Assembly (NCBI GenBank): GCA_963761305.1
Contig: CAVXGK010000002.1
Span: 2,592,001 to 2,656,000 of the forward strand
Direction: 5' to 3'
Length of the DNA: 64,000 nucleotides
DNA from: an uncultured Gemmatimonadaceae bacterium
GTDB taxonomy: Bacteria > Gemmatimonadota > Gemmatimonadetes > Gemmatimonadales > Gemmatimonadaceae
Shown here: in pieces, positions 9,269-18,521 of the stretch
Position numbering within the stretch: position 1 is the first letter of the stretch
Layout: the number at the start of each line of letters is the position of its first letter
The notes under the pieces: model-generated
Databases searched by the model: none
Told to the model about the DNA's origin: nothing
Seen by the model: only the letters and a program-made list of their open reading frames with translations
Made by a program: the position numbers and the translations under genes

Positions 9269-10543
9269 TCAGCGGTCGTTCTTGTAGACCTTTCCGCCCT
9301 TCATGACGAACCGCACGTTGCGCAGCGTGGTGATGTCCTTGGTCGGATCGCCGGGCACCGCGATGATGTCGGCCTGCAAGCCCGGCGCGATCGAGCCGAT
9401 CTGATCGCCGAGGTGCATCGACTCGGCGGTGAGTGACGTCGCCGAGGTGATGGCGTCGAGCGGCGACTGTCCGCCGTCTTTCACCCGGCACACGAGCTCC
9501 TCGGCGTTGCGGCCGTGCGCGCCGGCGACGGCGTCGGTCCCGAAGATGACCTTGAGTCCCGGCGTGTGGATCGCGCGCCGGTACATCGCGGCGGCCAGCG
9601 GCAGCGCTTTCTCCATCGCGGCGAAGCCGGCTTCGTTGTAGTTGCCGATGCCTTCGTACTTCGCGCGATTGTCGAGATAGTTGCGGAAGACGAGGCACAC
9701 CTGCGGATCGAAGTAGACGCCGCGGTCGGCCATGAGCTTGAGCACTTCGTCGTTGGCGAACACGCCGTGCTCGATCTGGTTGCACCCGGCGTTCACCGAC
9801 GCACGAATGCTCTCCACGCTGTGCGCGTGGACCATCGTGCGCATGCCCTGGGCTTTCGCTTCACCGCAGATCGCCGCCAGCTGTGCGTCGCTCATCGTCT
9901 GTGCGCCGCCTTCGCGAATGCTCGCCGACGCGAAGATCTTGATGACATCGGCGCCCTGCGCCTTTCGCTGGCGCACGAGGGTGCGCAGCGAGTCGACGTC
10001 GATGCGTGTGTTGCTGAACGGGCTCAACGACGTGAGCACGCGCGGACCGGGGATGCCGCCGTCGGCGATCCAGTCGCGGAGATCCTTGTCCTCCGGATCG
10101 CCGGGACTCTGAATCGTCGTGAAGCCGGCCATGAGCGTCGCGTACGCATTGGCGGCCATCGACAGCATCGACTCCACTGGCGTATCGCCGTCGCCGCGCG
10201 TGTGATAGCGACCCTGCCGATTGAAGTACCACGACAGATGCGCGTGCGCGTCGATGAGACCGGGCATCAGCGTGTAGCCGCGCAAGTCGTACGTCGGCGT
10301 TCCGGTCGCAGTCTTGTCGACACGCGTGATCTTGCCGTTCTCGACGACGACGTCGCCACCCTCGATCACGTTGCCGCGGCCGTCGACGATCCGGTCGGCG
10401 CGGATGACGATCGGGGCAGGCTGGACAGGTTTTCCGTACGTCACACGTGTGCCCGCAAATGGGTTCGGGAAGGTCACCGAGGGACCTTGGGCAGACGCGA
10501 ACGCGGGGACAGCCGCAACGGACAGCGCGAGCAGCGAACGCAT
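9269..10543 (-). CDS. Secreted metal-dependent amidohydrolase
   Basis: PGLIDAHAH, IKIFA, VHAH, IEHG, FGTDA, G.IAPGLQADII motifs; signal peptide from MRSLLALS. Confidence 0.88.
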   Translation of the reverse strand: MRSLLALSVAAVPAFASAQGPSVTFPNPFAGTRVTYGKPVQPAPIVIRADRIVDGRGNVIEGGDVVVENGKITRVDKTATGTPTYDLRGYTLMPGLIDAHAHLSWYFNRQGRYHTRGDGDTPVESMLSMAANAYATLMAGFTTIQSPGDPEDKDLRDWIADGGIPGPRVLTSLSPFSNTRIDVDSLRTLVRQRKAQGADVIKIFASASIREGGAQTMSDAQLAAICGEAKAQGMRTMVHAHSVESIRASVNAGCNQIEHGVFANDEVLKLMADRGVYFDPQVCLVFRNYLDNRAKYEGIGNYNEAGFAAMEKALPLAAAMYRRAIHTPGLKVIFGTDAVAGAHGRNAEELVCRVKDGGQSPLDAITSATSLTAESMHLGDQIGSIAPGLQADIIAVPGDPTKDITTLRNVRFVMKGGKVYKNDR

Positions 10544-11232
10544 TGGTGTCTCTGGGGTGAGGCCGACAGACAATACTGTCGCACTCGTTCTCTTTCCAGC
10601 CGCCGTCGCTCTGCAGGCGAGAGGGCTGGCGTCGATCTCGTTTAGGCGCTTCCGAGGGCGCTCTTAGGGACGCTTCGACAACGCGCCCCCTATTAGTACA
10701 TCGCCACGGATCAGGAATTACTACCGTAACAAAACGTTACAGGCGACTAACCTCTCGTTAGCGGAGTTTACTAGTCGTTAGGCCTTATCCAGGCGTCGCC
10801 ATCGTCACCAAATGCGGACGATTGGTAGCAAATCGCCGCCCGTGGCGATGTATAAGTAGAGGGCAGCGCGAGCGCGGGATGCGCCGTGCCTGCACGGCGG
10901 GTGTTCGCGCTGGCCGACATGCACTCGCCTTCAGCGCGCATCAGTTCGTTCGCGAAATGTGCGCATTCGTCGCAGCCTTGTTTCTCTTGCCGCCGACCGG
11001 CACGAAATCGCCCGCGACCCTCTTTCAATTGGGAATGCCCGGAGTTGATTCGAGTTCAGAACGCCGTCAGTCGATGACCCCCCGGTTCCAGCAGTCCGCA
11101 GCACGGCGAAACGTCGTCCGATCCCGCCTCGCGACTGCGTCGGCCGACCGCACGTCGAACGAAGTGCGCGACGCACGATCCTTTGCCGAGATTCACTCAG
11201 CTTCGCCCGAGGATAAGGCCTCACCGTCCGCG

Positions 11233-11505
11233 TCTCAGCTCGAACCAGACGAGTTCTACCCAGTCGCAGACCAGATCTCGCCAGTCGCGGACCGGACTTC
11301 GCCCGTCACAGACCGAATCAACTTGCCTTCGGAGCGGGCGCCGGTTACTCCGTACGACATCGACGTGCCTCGGGAGCGCATCGACGCTCGACGAGACGAC
11401 CTGTAGCGCGCTCTAGACGACCGATCGCGCGCTCAAGACCACCGGTAGCGCGCTTCAGACGACCGATCGCGCGCTCAAGACCACGGGTGGCCCGCTGCAG
11501 ACAAG
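11233..11505. repeat. Degenerate 21-bp tandem array (13 units)
   Basis: AGAC/GGAC/GGAG recurs at unit positions 15-18 every 21 bp; 11422-11442 and 11464-11484 are identical (cgatcgcgcgctcaagaccac). Confidence 0.8.
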
Positions 11506-11703
11506 GCTCACGCAGGCGCTCCGGCCGTCGAGGAGCGTCCAGCGCGTCCGCCGTCCGCTCTATCCGTCCTCAACGGGCCTCCAGATCTCCTTCAGTCCCG
11601 AGCGGCGTTCGGCGCGCCAGCTTGCCCCGACTTCGTGGCCGACGCGTCCCATCTCACGGATGCTTCAGCCGAGTCGACGCTTCTCCCGACGCATGCGCCA
11701 ACC

Positions 11704-12876
11704 TCACGCGGCGGCGTACACCTCGAACAACCCCGCCGCGCCCATTCCGCCGCCGATGCACATCGTCACCAGACCGATTCCGCCCCCGCGCTTGCCCAGC
11801 TCGTGGATGAGCTGCGTCGTGAGCTTGGCGCCCGTCGCGCCGAGCGGATGACCGAGCGCGATCGCGCCGCCGTTCACGTTGACCTTCGACTCGTCGAAGC
11901 CGAGGTCGCGGACGACGGCGACGACCTGCGCCGCGAACGCTTCGTTGAACTCGATCAGCTTCACGTCGTCGAGTTTGACGCCGGCGCGTTTGAGCGCCTT
12001 CGGCACCGCCTTGAGCGGCCCGACGCCCATGATGTCGGGCTCGACGCCGGCCGCGGCGAAGGTGATGAATCGCGCGAGCGGCTCGAGACCGAGCTGTTTC
12101 GCGCGCTCCGCCGTCATCAACAGCACCGCCGCCGCGCCGTCGGAGTACGGGCTCGCGTTCCCCGCCGTCACCGTGCCGTTCACCTTGAACGCCGGCCGCA
12201 GCTTGGCCAGTCCCTCGATCGTCGTGTCGGGACGCGGCAACTCGTCGCGCGAAAACTTGGCCGTGCTCGCGGTCTTTTCGGCGCCCTTCCACGTCGCGCG
12301 CTCGACGTCCACCGGCACGATCTGTCCGTCGAACGCGTTGTTGCTCAACGCGCGCGCCGCCTTCTGCTGACTGCCGAGGGCCCAGCGGTCCTGATCCTCG
12401 CGCGTGACCTTCCAACGCTCGGCGACTCGCTCGGCGGTGTAGCCCATCCCGATGTACGACTCGGTGATCTCGGGATCGAGGCGCGTGTGGTATCCGGACA
12501 TCGGCACCTGACTCATCATCTCGACGCCGCCGGCGAGCGCCACGTCGGCCATGTCGCTCATGATCTCCTGCGCGGCCAGGGCGACCGTCTGCAAACCGGA
12601 CGAGCAGAAGCGGTTCACCGTCGCCGCCGGGACGCTCACCGGGAATCCGGCGCGCAGCCACGACAGCCGGGCGACGTTGAGCCCCTGCGTCGCTTCCGGC
12701 ATCGCGCAGCCCCAGTACACGTCGTCGATCGTCTCGGGATCGATGCCGACCCGATCGACCACCGCGCGCATCATCGCCGCCGACAGATCGACCGCGTGCA
12801 CGTCGGCAAGCCCTCCGTCCTTCTTGCCGCGCCCGACCGCGCTGCGGACGGCGGAGACTACTACGACTTCTCTCAT
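11704..12876 (-). CDS. fadA: Acetyl-CoA C-acyltransferase (thiolase)
   Basis: NRFCSSG, NEAFA, GGAIALGHPLGATG, MCIGGGMG thiolase signatures. Confidence 0.93.
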   Translation of the reverse strand: MREVVVVSAVRSAVGRGKKDGGLADVHAVDLSAAMMRAVVDRVGIDPETIDDVYWGCAMPEATQGLNVARLSWLRAGFPVSVPAATVNRFCSSGLQTVALAAQEIMSDMADVALAGGVEMMSQVPMSGYHTRLDPEITESYIGMGYTAERVAERWKVTREDQDRWALGSQQKAARALSNNAFDGQIVPVDVERATWKGAEKTASTAKFSRDELPRPDTTIEGLAKLRPAFKVNGTVTAGNASPYSDGAAAVLLMTAERAKQLGLEPLARFITFAAAGVEPDIMGVGPLKAVPKALKRAGVKLDDVKLIEFNEAFAAQVVAVVRDLGFDESKVNVNGGAIALGHPLGATGAKLTTQLIHELGKRGGGIGLVTMCIGGGMGAAGLFEVYAAA

Positions 12877-12901
12877 GTTACGACTCCATGACTCCGAGAT
12901 A

Positions 12902-12936
12902 TCTGACGTCTGATGTCAGACATCTGACGTCAGACT
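12902..12936. repeat. Five heptamer units TC(T/A)GA(C/T)N forming a self-complementary tract
   Basis: tctgacg tctgatg tcagaca tctgacg tcagact between the fadN-like gene and the thiolase. Confidence 0.7.
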
Positions 12937-12971
12937 TCGTCGGTATTGCGACCCTGGCACGGTCCACCCGA

Positions 12972-15309
12972 TCAGTTCCTCAGTGGCTTTCCTGTCTTCA
13001 GCATGTACTTGATCCGATCTTGCGTCTCGCGCGTGCCGAGCAGACGCAGAAACGCCTCGCGCTCGAGATCGAGCAGATCCTGCTCCGTCACCTGTCGCGG
13101 CGGACCGTCGCCGCCGGTGAGCACGTACGCGAGCTCGTGGGCGATGCGCACGTCGTGGTCGGAGATCTGGCCGGCTTCCTTCATCGACCACGCGGCGTAG
13201 TGAAGGTTGCCCAGCGCGTCTTTTCCCATCGCCGTGATTCGGCGCGGCGTGGGCGGCACGTAGTCCGGAGCGAGGTCCGTCACGCGCGCCGCCGCGTCGG
13301 CGAGCAGCCGGTCGCGATTCATCGTGATGCGATCGGTCGGCCGCAGATAGCCGATCGATCGCGCTTCGAGCGCGCTCGTGCTCGTCGTCGCCATGGCGAT
13401 CGTCTGGAACGCCCGACGAACGGCCTCGAACGGATCCGCTTCTACATATGGAACGAGCTCGCTGGCGAACCTGAACAGCAGCTCCGTCGTCCCGCCGCCC
13501 GCCGGAATGATGCCGACGCCGACCTCGACGAGCCCCATGTACAACTCGGCGTGCGCCTGCACCCGGTCCGCGTACAGCGAAAACTCGCAGCCGCCGCCGA
13601 GCGTCAGACCGAACGGCGCGGTGACGACCGGGAACGGCGACTGCCTGATCCGCACCGAGGTGTTCTGAAATTGACGAACGGCCGCGTCGGCGCGCGACCA
13701 ATCCTGGGCATCGACGAGCGACAGCATGTACATCAGATCCGCGCCCGCCGTGAACGTGCGCGGATCGTCGTTGCCGATCACCAGGCCCGCCAGCCCGTCG
13801 CGCTCGACGCGATCGAGCGACCGATGGATCATCTCCACCACGCCGGCGCCCAGCGTGTTCAGCTTGCTGTGGAACTCCAGCACGGCCACACCGTCGCCGA
13901 CGTCGATGAGCGACGCATCGCGCGAGTCTTCGAGAATGCGAGAGTCATTTGGCGGCCGATGGAAATCGGCGAGACGGATCAAACCCGCCGGACGTGCGAT
14001 CGGCTCGTAGCCATCCTTGAACGCCAGCGCTTTCGCGCCATTCTCACTGAAGAATCCCGTCCCGCCTCTCGCACGGCGCAGAAGCTCGGGCACGTCGATC
14101 GACAGCTGCTCGAATCCCTTGGCCAGAAAATCGACGCCGAGGAGATCCATTTGCGCGAACGGGCCGGCCTCCCACGCGTAGCCCCAGACCATCGCGTCGT
14201 CGATCGACTGAATGTCTCGCGCGACGACCGGCCCGGTACACAGCACGTAGTGCGAGAAGCGCAGCAGGTACTCGCGAACGAACGCGCCGTAGCGATCGTC
14301 CTTGTTCCCGGCCCAGTCTCGAATCGCGGCGAATCGGTCGCGCCAGCGGCAAAGAGCCGATGCGCGACAGCTCGGCGCTTTCGGGCTTGGACTGCGGGCC
14401 GTATTCGCCGGTCTTCCAGTCGAGCGTTTGAATTTCCTTGCCGACGCGCCGGTAGAAGCCGGCGCCGCTTTTTTCGCCGAAACGCCCCGCCTTCACCAGA
14501 TCGAGCACCCACGGTGACAGCGCAAAGTCCTCGCCGGTCGCGCCGCTCAGCTCGTCCGTGACGTGCGCGATGACGTCGATGCCGGAGAGATCGGCCGTGC
14601 GAAAGGTCGCCGACTTCGAGCGGCCGGTGAGCACGCCCGTGAGCACGTCGGCCTCGTCGATCGTGAGACCGTGCTTTTCCATCTGGCGGATCGCGAGCAC
14701 CATGCCGAACACGCCGAGCCGGTTGGCGACGAAGCCGGGGACGTCGTTGGCGACGACGATGCCCTTTCCGAGGATGCGGTCGCTGAACTGGCGAACCGTA
14801 TCGATCGTCTCGCTCGATGTGTCCGGGCCGGGAATGATCTCGAGCAGATGCAGATATCGCGGCGGGTTGAAGAAGTGCATGCCGACGAAGCGCGATCGGA
14901 AATCCGCGCCGATTCGATCGACGAGCATCCGCATCGGAATGCTCGACGTGTTCGACGCCACGATCGTGTGCGCGGGAAGCAGCTTCTCCAGCCGCGCGAA
15001 CAGCGCCTGCTTCGGCTCGAGCTGTTCGATAATCGCTTCGACGACGAGGTCGCAGCGCGCCAGACGCTCGAGATCGTCCTCGGTGTTTCCGATCTCGATG
15101 AGCCCCGCGCGGTCAGGAGCCATGAACGCCGCCGGCTTGGCCTTCTTCGCGCGCTCGACGCCGCCCCTGGCGACCGAGTTGCGGTCGGCGCCCGCGCTCT
15201 GGCCGGGGACATCGAGCAGGATTACGGGAATGCCGGCCGACGCGGCCAGTGCGGCAATGCCGCCGCCCATGGTGCCGGCTCCGATCACGCCCAACGAACG
15301 AATGCCCAT
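12972..15309 (-). pseudogene. fadN: 3-hydroxyacyl-CoA dehydrogenase / enoyl-CoA hydratase fusion (FadN-like), interrupted by a +1 frameshift near 14340
   Basis: N-half has GAGTMG, SNTSS, HFFNP, PGFVANR; C-half has GGGCE, GLVEVGVGIIP, GKPLRN; removing one base near 14340 joins them (LPLA-DRFAAIRDW...YVLCTGP). Confidence 0.85.
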
Positions 15310-15552
15310 GGCTCAGTTCTCCCCTCGAACTGTCACATTTTAGAACAATACGGGGGTGCAAAAATGCGTGACGATCGAGCCCAGGCGACCGTCCTTAACA
15401 TGTTGCGCGGCGAATGTTTACACCGGCGACATGTCGGTTTGGCACAAACCGATCGTGCCGATCCTTTTGAGTAACCGCGCCGTTTGCGAATCCAGTCCTG
15501 TGTTTGATCGGGCTGCATAGCGGCCGGTTCGAACTCGCACCCAAGTCCCCGA

Positions 15553-16077
15553 ATGAGATCCCTCGCATCCTGCGTACGTGTGCGCGAACGGCGAAGTCGT
15601 TTGACGGAGTGCCCGACTGGCGGCACGCCGGCTCTTCCGCGCGCTCGACCGGGCTTCTCGCTCATCGAAACGATGGTCGTGCTTGTGATCGTCGGCATTA
15701 CGTCGTCGATCACGGTGGGAAAGATTCAGCAGCTCATGGTCCAGAACCGCATCCAGCGGGCCGCCACCTCGGTGCAGAACGACATGGAGGCTGCGTTCGC
15801 CATCGCGGTGCGCGACCACACTCCCATTCGCATCTCATGGAACTCCTCGACGATGCAGATGGCCGTGACGAATCGCGCGGGTACGACGGCCTTTCGGCAC
15901 ACGAATCTGGGCATGGGTGCCTACGGTCTCCGGTCGGCTGACGTGAGCTTCTCCAGATCGCCGCTCGAGGTTTATCCGGATGGTCTGGCGAATGACACAC
16001 TCACGATCACGATCAGCCACACGAGCATCACGAGACACGTCCGCATGACTCGCACCGGCATGGTGCTCATCCAATGA
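15553..16077 (+). CDS. Type IV minor pilin, FimT/GspH-like (start uncertain, possibly TTG at 15601)
   Basis: Prepilin cleavage motif G|FSLIE plus hydrophobic helix; F.PDG-like and final beta-strand pattern. Confidence 0.8.
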   Translation: MRSLASCVRVRERRSRLTECPTGGTPALPRARPGFSLIETMVVLVIVGITSSITVGKIQQLMVQNRIQRAATSVQNDMEAAFAIAVRDHTPIRISWNSSTMQMAVTNRAGTTAFRHTNLGMGAYGLRSADVSFSRSPLEVYPDGLANDTLTITISHTSITRHVRMTRTGMVLIQ

Positions 16078-16493
16078 CATGCCCACGCGTACGTCCTCGG
16101 AAACGCCTCCGCGGCGGTTTTTCGCTGATCGAGATCATGGTCGCGATGAGCGTTTTTTCGCTCGTCATGTTGAGTCTCGCGAAGGTCATCACCGGACTCG
16201 CGGTTCGCGGCCAGACGAACGACCTCGTGGCGAAGCGAAACGCTGCGCTGCAACTCGAAGCCAACAAGTTTGGCGGCGTTCCGTATGCCAGCCTTTCGGG
16301 GTGGTCGACGGCCAACAAGACCATTACGCTCGGAAACTTCACATATACCCGGAAGCTGACGATCACACAGTCGGCGACCAACCGCTACACGATCAAGATC
16401 ATCGTGGTGCCGTCCTTGAACACCACGAAACCGGATTCGGTCATACTCGACCGCACAAAACCGCCCTCGTCGGCGCTTTGCGTGGGGTGCTGA
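16074..16493 (+). CDS. Type IV minor pilin, PilV-like
   Basis: G|FSLIEIMVAM; 4-bp overlap with the upstream gene; 139 aa. Confidence 0.8.
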   Translation: MTCPRVRPRKRLRGGFSLIEIMVAMSVFSLVMLSLAKVITGLAVRGQTNDLVAKRNAALQLEANKFGGVPYASLSGWSTANKTITLGNFTYTRKLTITQSATNRYTIKIIVVPSLNTTKPDSVILDRTKPPSSALCVGC

Positions 16494-16494
16494 G

Positions 16495-17379
16495 ATGTCG
16501 TCACGCCGATCAGGGTTCACGCTGGCTGAAGTGGTCCTCTCGTTGGTGATTGCCGCAATCATCGCCACGTCGTTCACAAAACTGTCCGTTTGGCAGAGCC
16601 GGTACTTCGACCACGAGACGAATGCGCGAGCCGCGCGCAGCGCCGCGCGGGCCGCGACCAACGTCATGCTCGCCGACCTCCGGATGGTTCAGGATTCCGG
16701 CGGCATCGATTCGGCAGCTTCAAATGGGAAAACGATTCGCCTGCGCGTTCCCTACCGCTTCGGCCTCGTGTGCGGGACGACCGGAAATGTCACGACAGTG
16801 AGCATGCTCCCGTCGGACTCCGCGATGGTCGCGTTGTCGGTGTACCGCGGGTTCGCCTTCCGTGACTCGACGAGCGGCCGATATACCTACATTTCGCCGA
16901 GTGCTCCGACCTCGTCGGACGCTCCTACGTCCGCCAGCTCGCCGTCGACCTGCACGGGCAGCGGGTCGGGGCAGGCACAGATTCGAACCGTTTCGGTGAG
17001 CGGAAGAACGGGCTCCTTGCTCGACTTGCCCAACGAGTCAGCGTCAGGTGCCCGGGCAGCCGAAGCCGTGCTCTTCTGGCAGCACATCACGTACTCGTTC
17101 GCCACCTCGTCGAGCTATTCGGGGCGCATCGGGCTTTGGCGCACGGTAGAAAACGGGACGAGCGAGGAGCTCATGGCGCCGTTCGACACGTCGGCCCGGT
17201 TCAAGTTCTACGTCTCCGGCGAGGACACGTCCCGCACCACGCCGCCGGCCCTGTCGAACATCCGTGGACTGGACCTGGTTCTGACGGGAATCAGTCCACA
17301 CGCCTCGGCTGCGGATACCTCCCACCTGAAAGCCAAACTCGTTACGTCGGTGTTCTTCAAGAACGTTCGCGCATTTTGA
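16495..17379 (+). CDS. Type IV minor pilin, PilW/GspJ-like
   Basis: G|FTLAEVVLSL; DLRM helix end typical of PilW/J; third position in the cassette. Confidence 0.78.
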   Translation: MSSRRSGFTLAEVVLSLVIAAIIATSFTKLSVWQSRYFDHETNARAARSAARAATNVMLADLRMVQDSGGIDSAASNGKTIRLRVPYRFGLVCGTTGNVTTVSMLPSDSAMVALSVYRGFAFRDSTSGRYTYISPSAPTSSDAPTSASSPSTCTGSGSGQAQIRTVSVSGRTGSLLDLPNESASGARAAEAVLFWQHITYSFATSSSYSGRIGLWRTVENGTSEELMAPFDTSARFKFYVSGEDTSRTTPPALSNIRGLDLVLTGISPHASAADTSHLKAKLVTSVFFKNVRAF

Positions 17380-17393
17380 CCACGGAGCAACGC

Positions 17394-18509
17394 ATGCGAT
17401 TCTCTCTCGCCAATCGAAAAGGCCTCACGCTGCCGATCACCATCCTGGTGATGACGGCGCTCGCGGCGGCGCTTGCCGCCGGCTTCGCGGGGGCCGGATC
17501 AGAAATCACGACCAACACCGCCGAACGGAGCCAGAACCGCGCGTATCACAACGCGGAGACGGGTCTCGAGCAGTTTTTGACGCTGCGCAGCACGACCGGG
17601 TTCTGCCAGCACTGCGGCGATCCGACGGTCGTCGACTCGGAGTGGACGCACATTGCGCTGCCGAGCGGCTACGCCGATGTCGTCGCGGTGAAGGTGCGGC
17701 CCGTGATCGGCGCCAACGATGCGATGTACTTCATTCGGTCCACGGGCACCGACACTTCGGTCAGGCTCAGCGGCGCGGGGACCACCACCTACGCCCAGCG
17801 CACGGTCGGTCTCTACGCCACGTGGAACACCGCGACGATCCAGGTTCAAGCGGCGTGGCTCAGCCTGGCCGGCCTCCAAAAGCATGGATCCGCTGGCACC
17901 ATCAGCGGCATCGACCAGTGCGGAAAGCAACCGTCCGTCGCGGGTATCATGGTCGACTCCGGCATGTACAGTGTTAGCGGGAACTTCACTCCGGAAGGCA
18001 GTCCACCGCTCGACACGACGAACGACTACACGGCACTCAAGGCCAAAGTCGGGTCCACTCTCGACTGGGCAAGCATCATGGCCGGCGCAATTCCGGCCGA
18101 TGTCACGGTCCCTGGACAGTCCTTCCCCAGTTCATCGCAGTTCGCCGACACCACCTATTGGCCGGTCATCCGCATTCACTCGAATGGGTATTCGCTCCCG
18201 ACCGCCGGCCAGGGAACCATCATCGCCGACAGCGACTTTACGATTTCCGGTTCCAACATGTGGAAAGGCATCATCATGGTGGGCGGCGTGTTGACGTCGA
18301 ACGGAAACAACGTGACCGCCGGCGCCACGCTCAGTGGCCTCAACTGGTTGGTCTCCCCCACCCAGCCGGCGATGTCGACGGTCGACGCAACGGCGAACGG
18401 CACGAAGTCCTACACGTACGATTCGTGCAACGTGTCCAATGCGACCTCGAAGCTCAGAAAGTACTCGGCATTGCCGAACAGTTGGATCGACAATCTCGCT
18501 GCCTGGTAG
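17394..18509 (+). CDS. PilX/GspK-like minor pilin
   Basis: KG|LTLPI lacking Glu5; AYHNAETG (PilX N-terminal A...AE.G); FIRSTG; Gly/Asn-rich C-terminal domain; GGAG RBS upstream. Confidence 0.75.
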   Translation: MRFSLANRKGLTLPITILVMTALAAALAAGFAGAGSEITTNTAERSQNRAYHNAETGLEQFLTLRSTTGFCQHCGDPTVVDSEWTHIALPSGYADVVAVKVRPVIGANDAMYFIRSTGTDTSVRLSGAGTTTYAQRTVGLYATWNTATIQVQAAWLSLAGLQKHGSAGTISGIDQCGKQPSVAGIMVDSGMYSVSGNFTPEGSPPLDTTNDYTALKAKVGSTLDWASIMAGAIPADVTVPGQSFPSSSQFADTTYWPVIRIHSNGYSLPTAGQGTIIADSDFTISGSNMWKGIIMVGGVLTSNGNNVTAGATLSGLNWLVSPTQPAMSTVDATANGTKSYTYDSCNVSNATSKLRKYSALPNSWIDNLAAW

Positions 18510-18521
18510 CGGTCGGCGCGC

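Noticed and set aside
10822..11406. 194-aa ORF as a real gene
   Set aside because: No RBS, atypical codon usage and no recognisable motif; it ends in the middle of the repeat array
11233..11505. CRISPR array
   Set aside because: Units are contiguous 21-mers with no constant repeat plus unique spacer structure, and there are no cas genes in the window
14330..14350. Programmed ribosomal frameshift in fadN
   Set aside because: No slippery sequence at the site, and I know of no recoding in this family
15440..15455. Sigma-54 promoter (TGGCAC) upstream of the pilins
   Set aside because: The -12 GC is absent at the required spacing
15526..15536. tRNA-like T-loop (ggttcgaactc)
   Set aside because: No T-stem, acceptor stem or cloverleaf can be built around it
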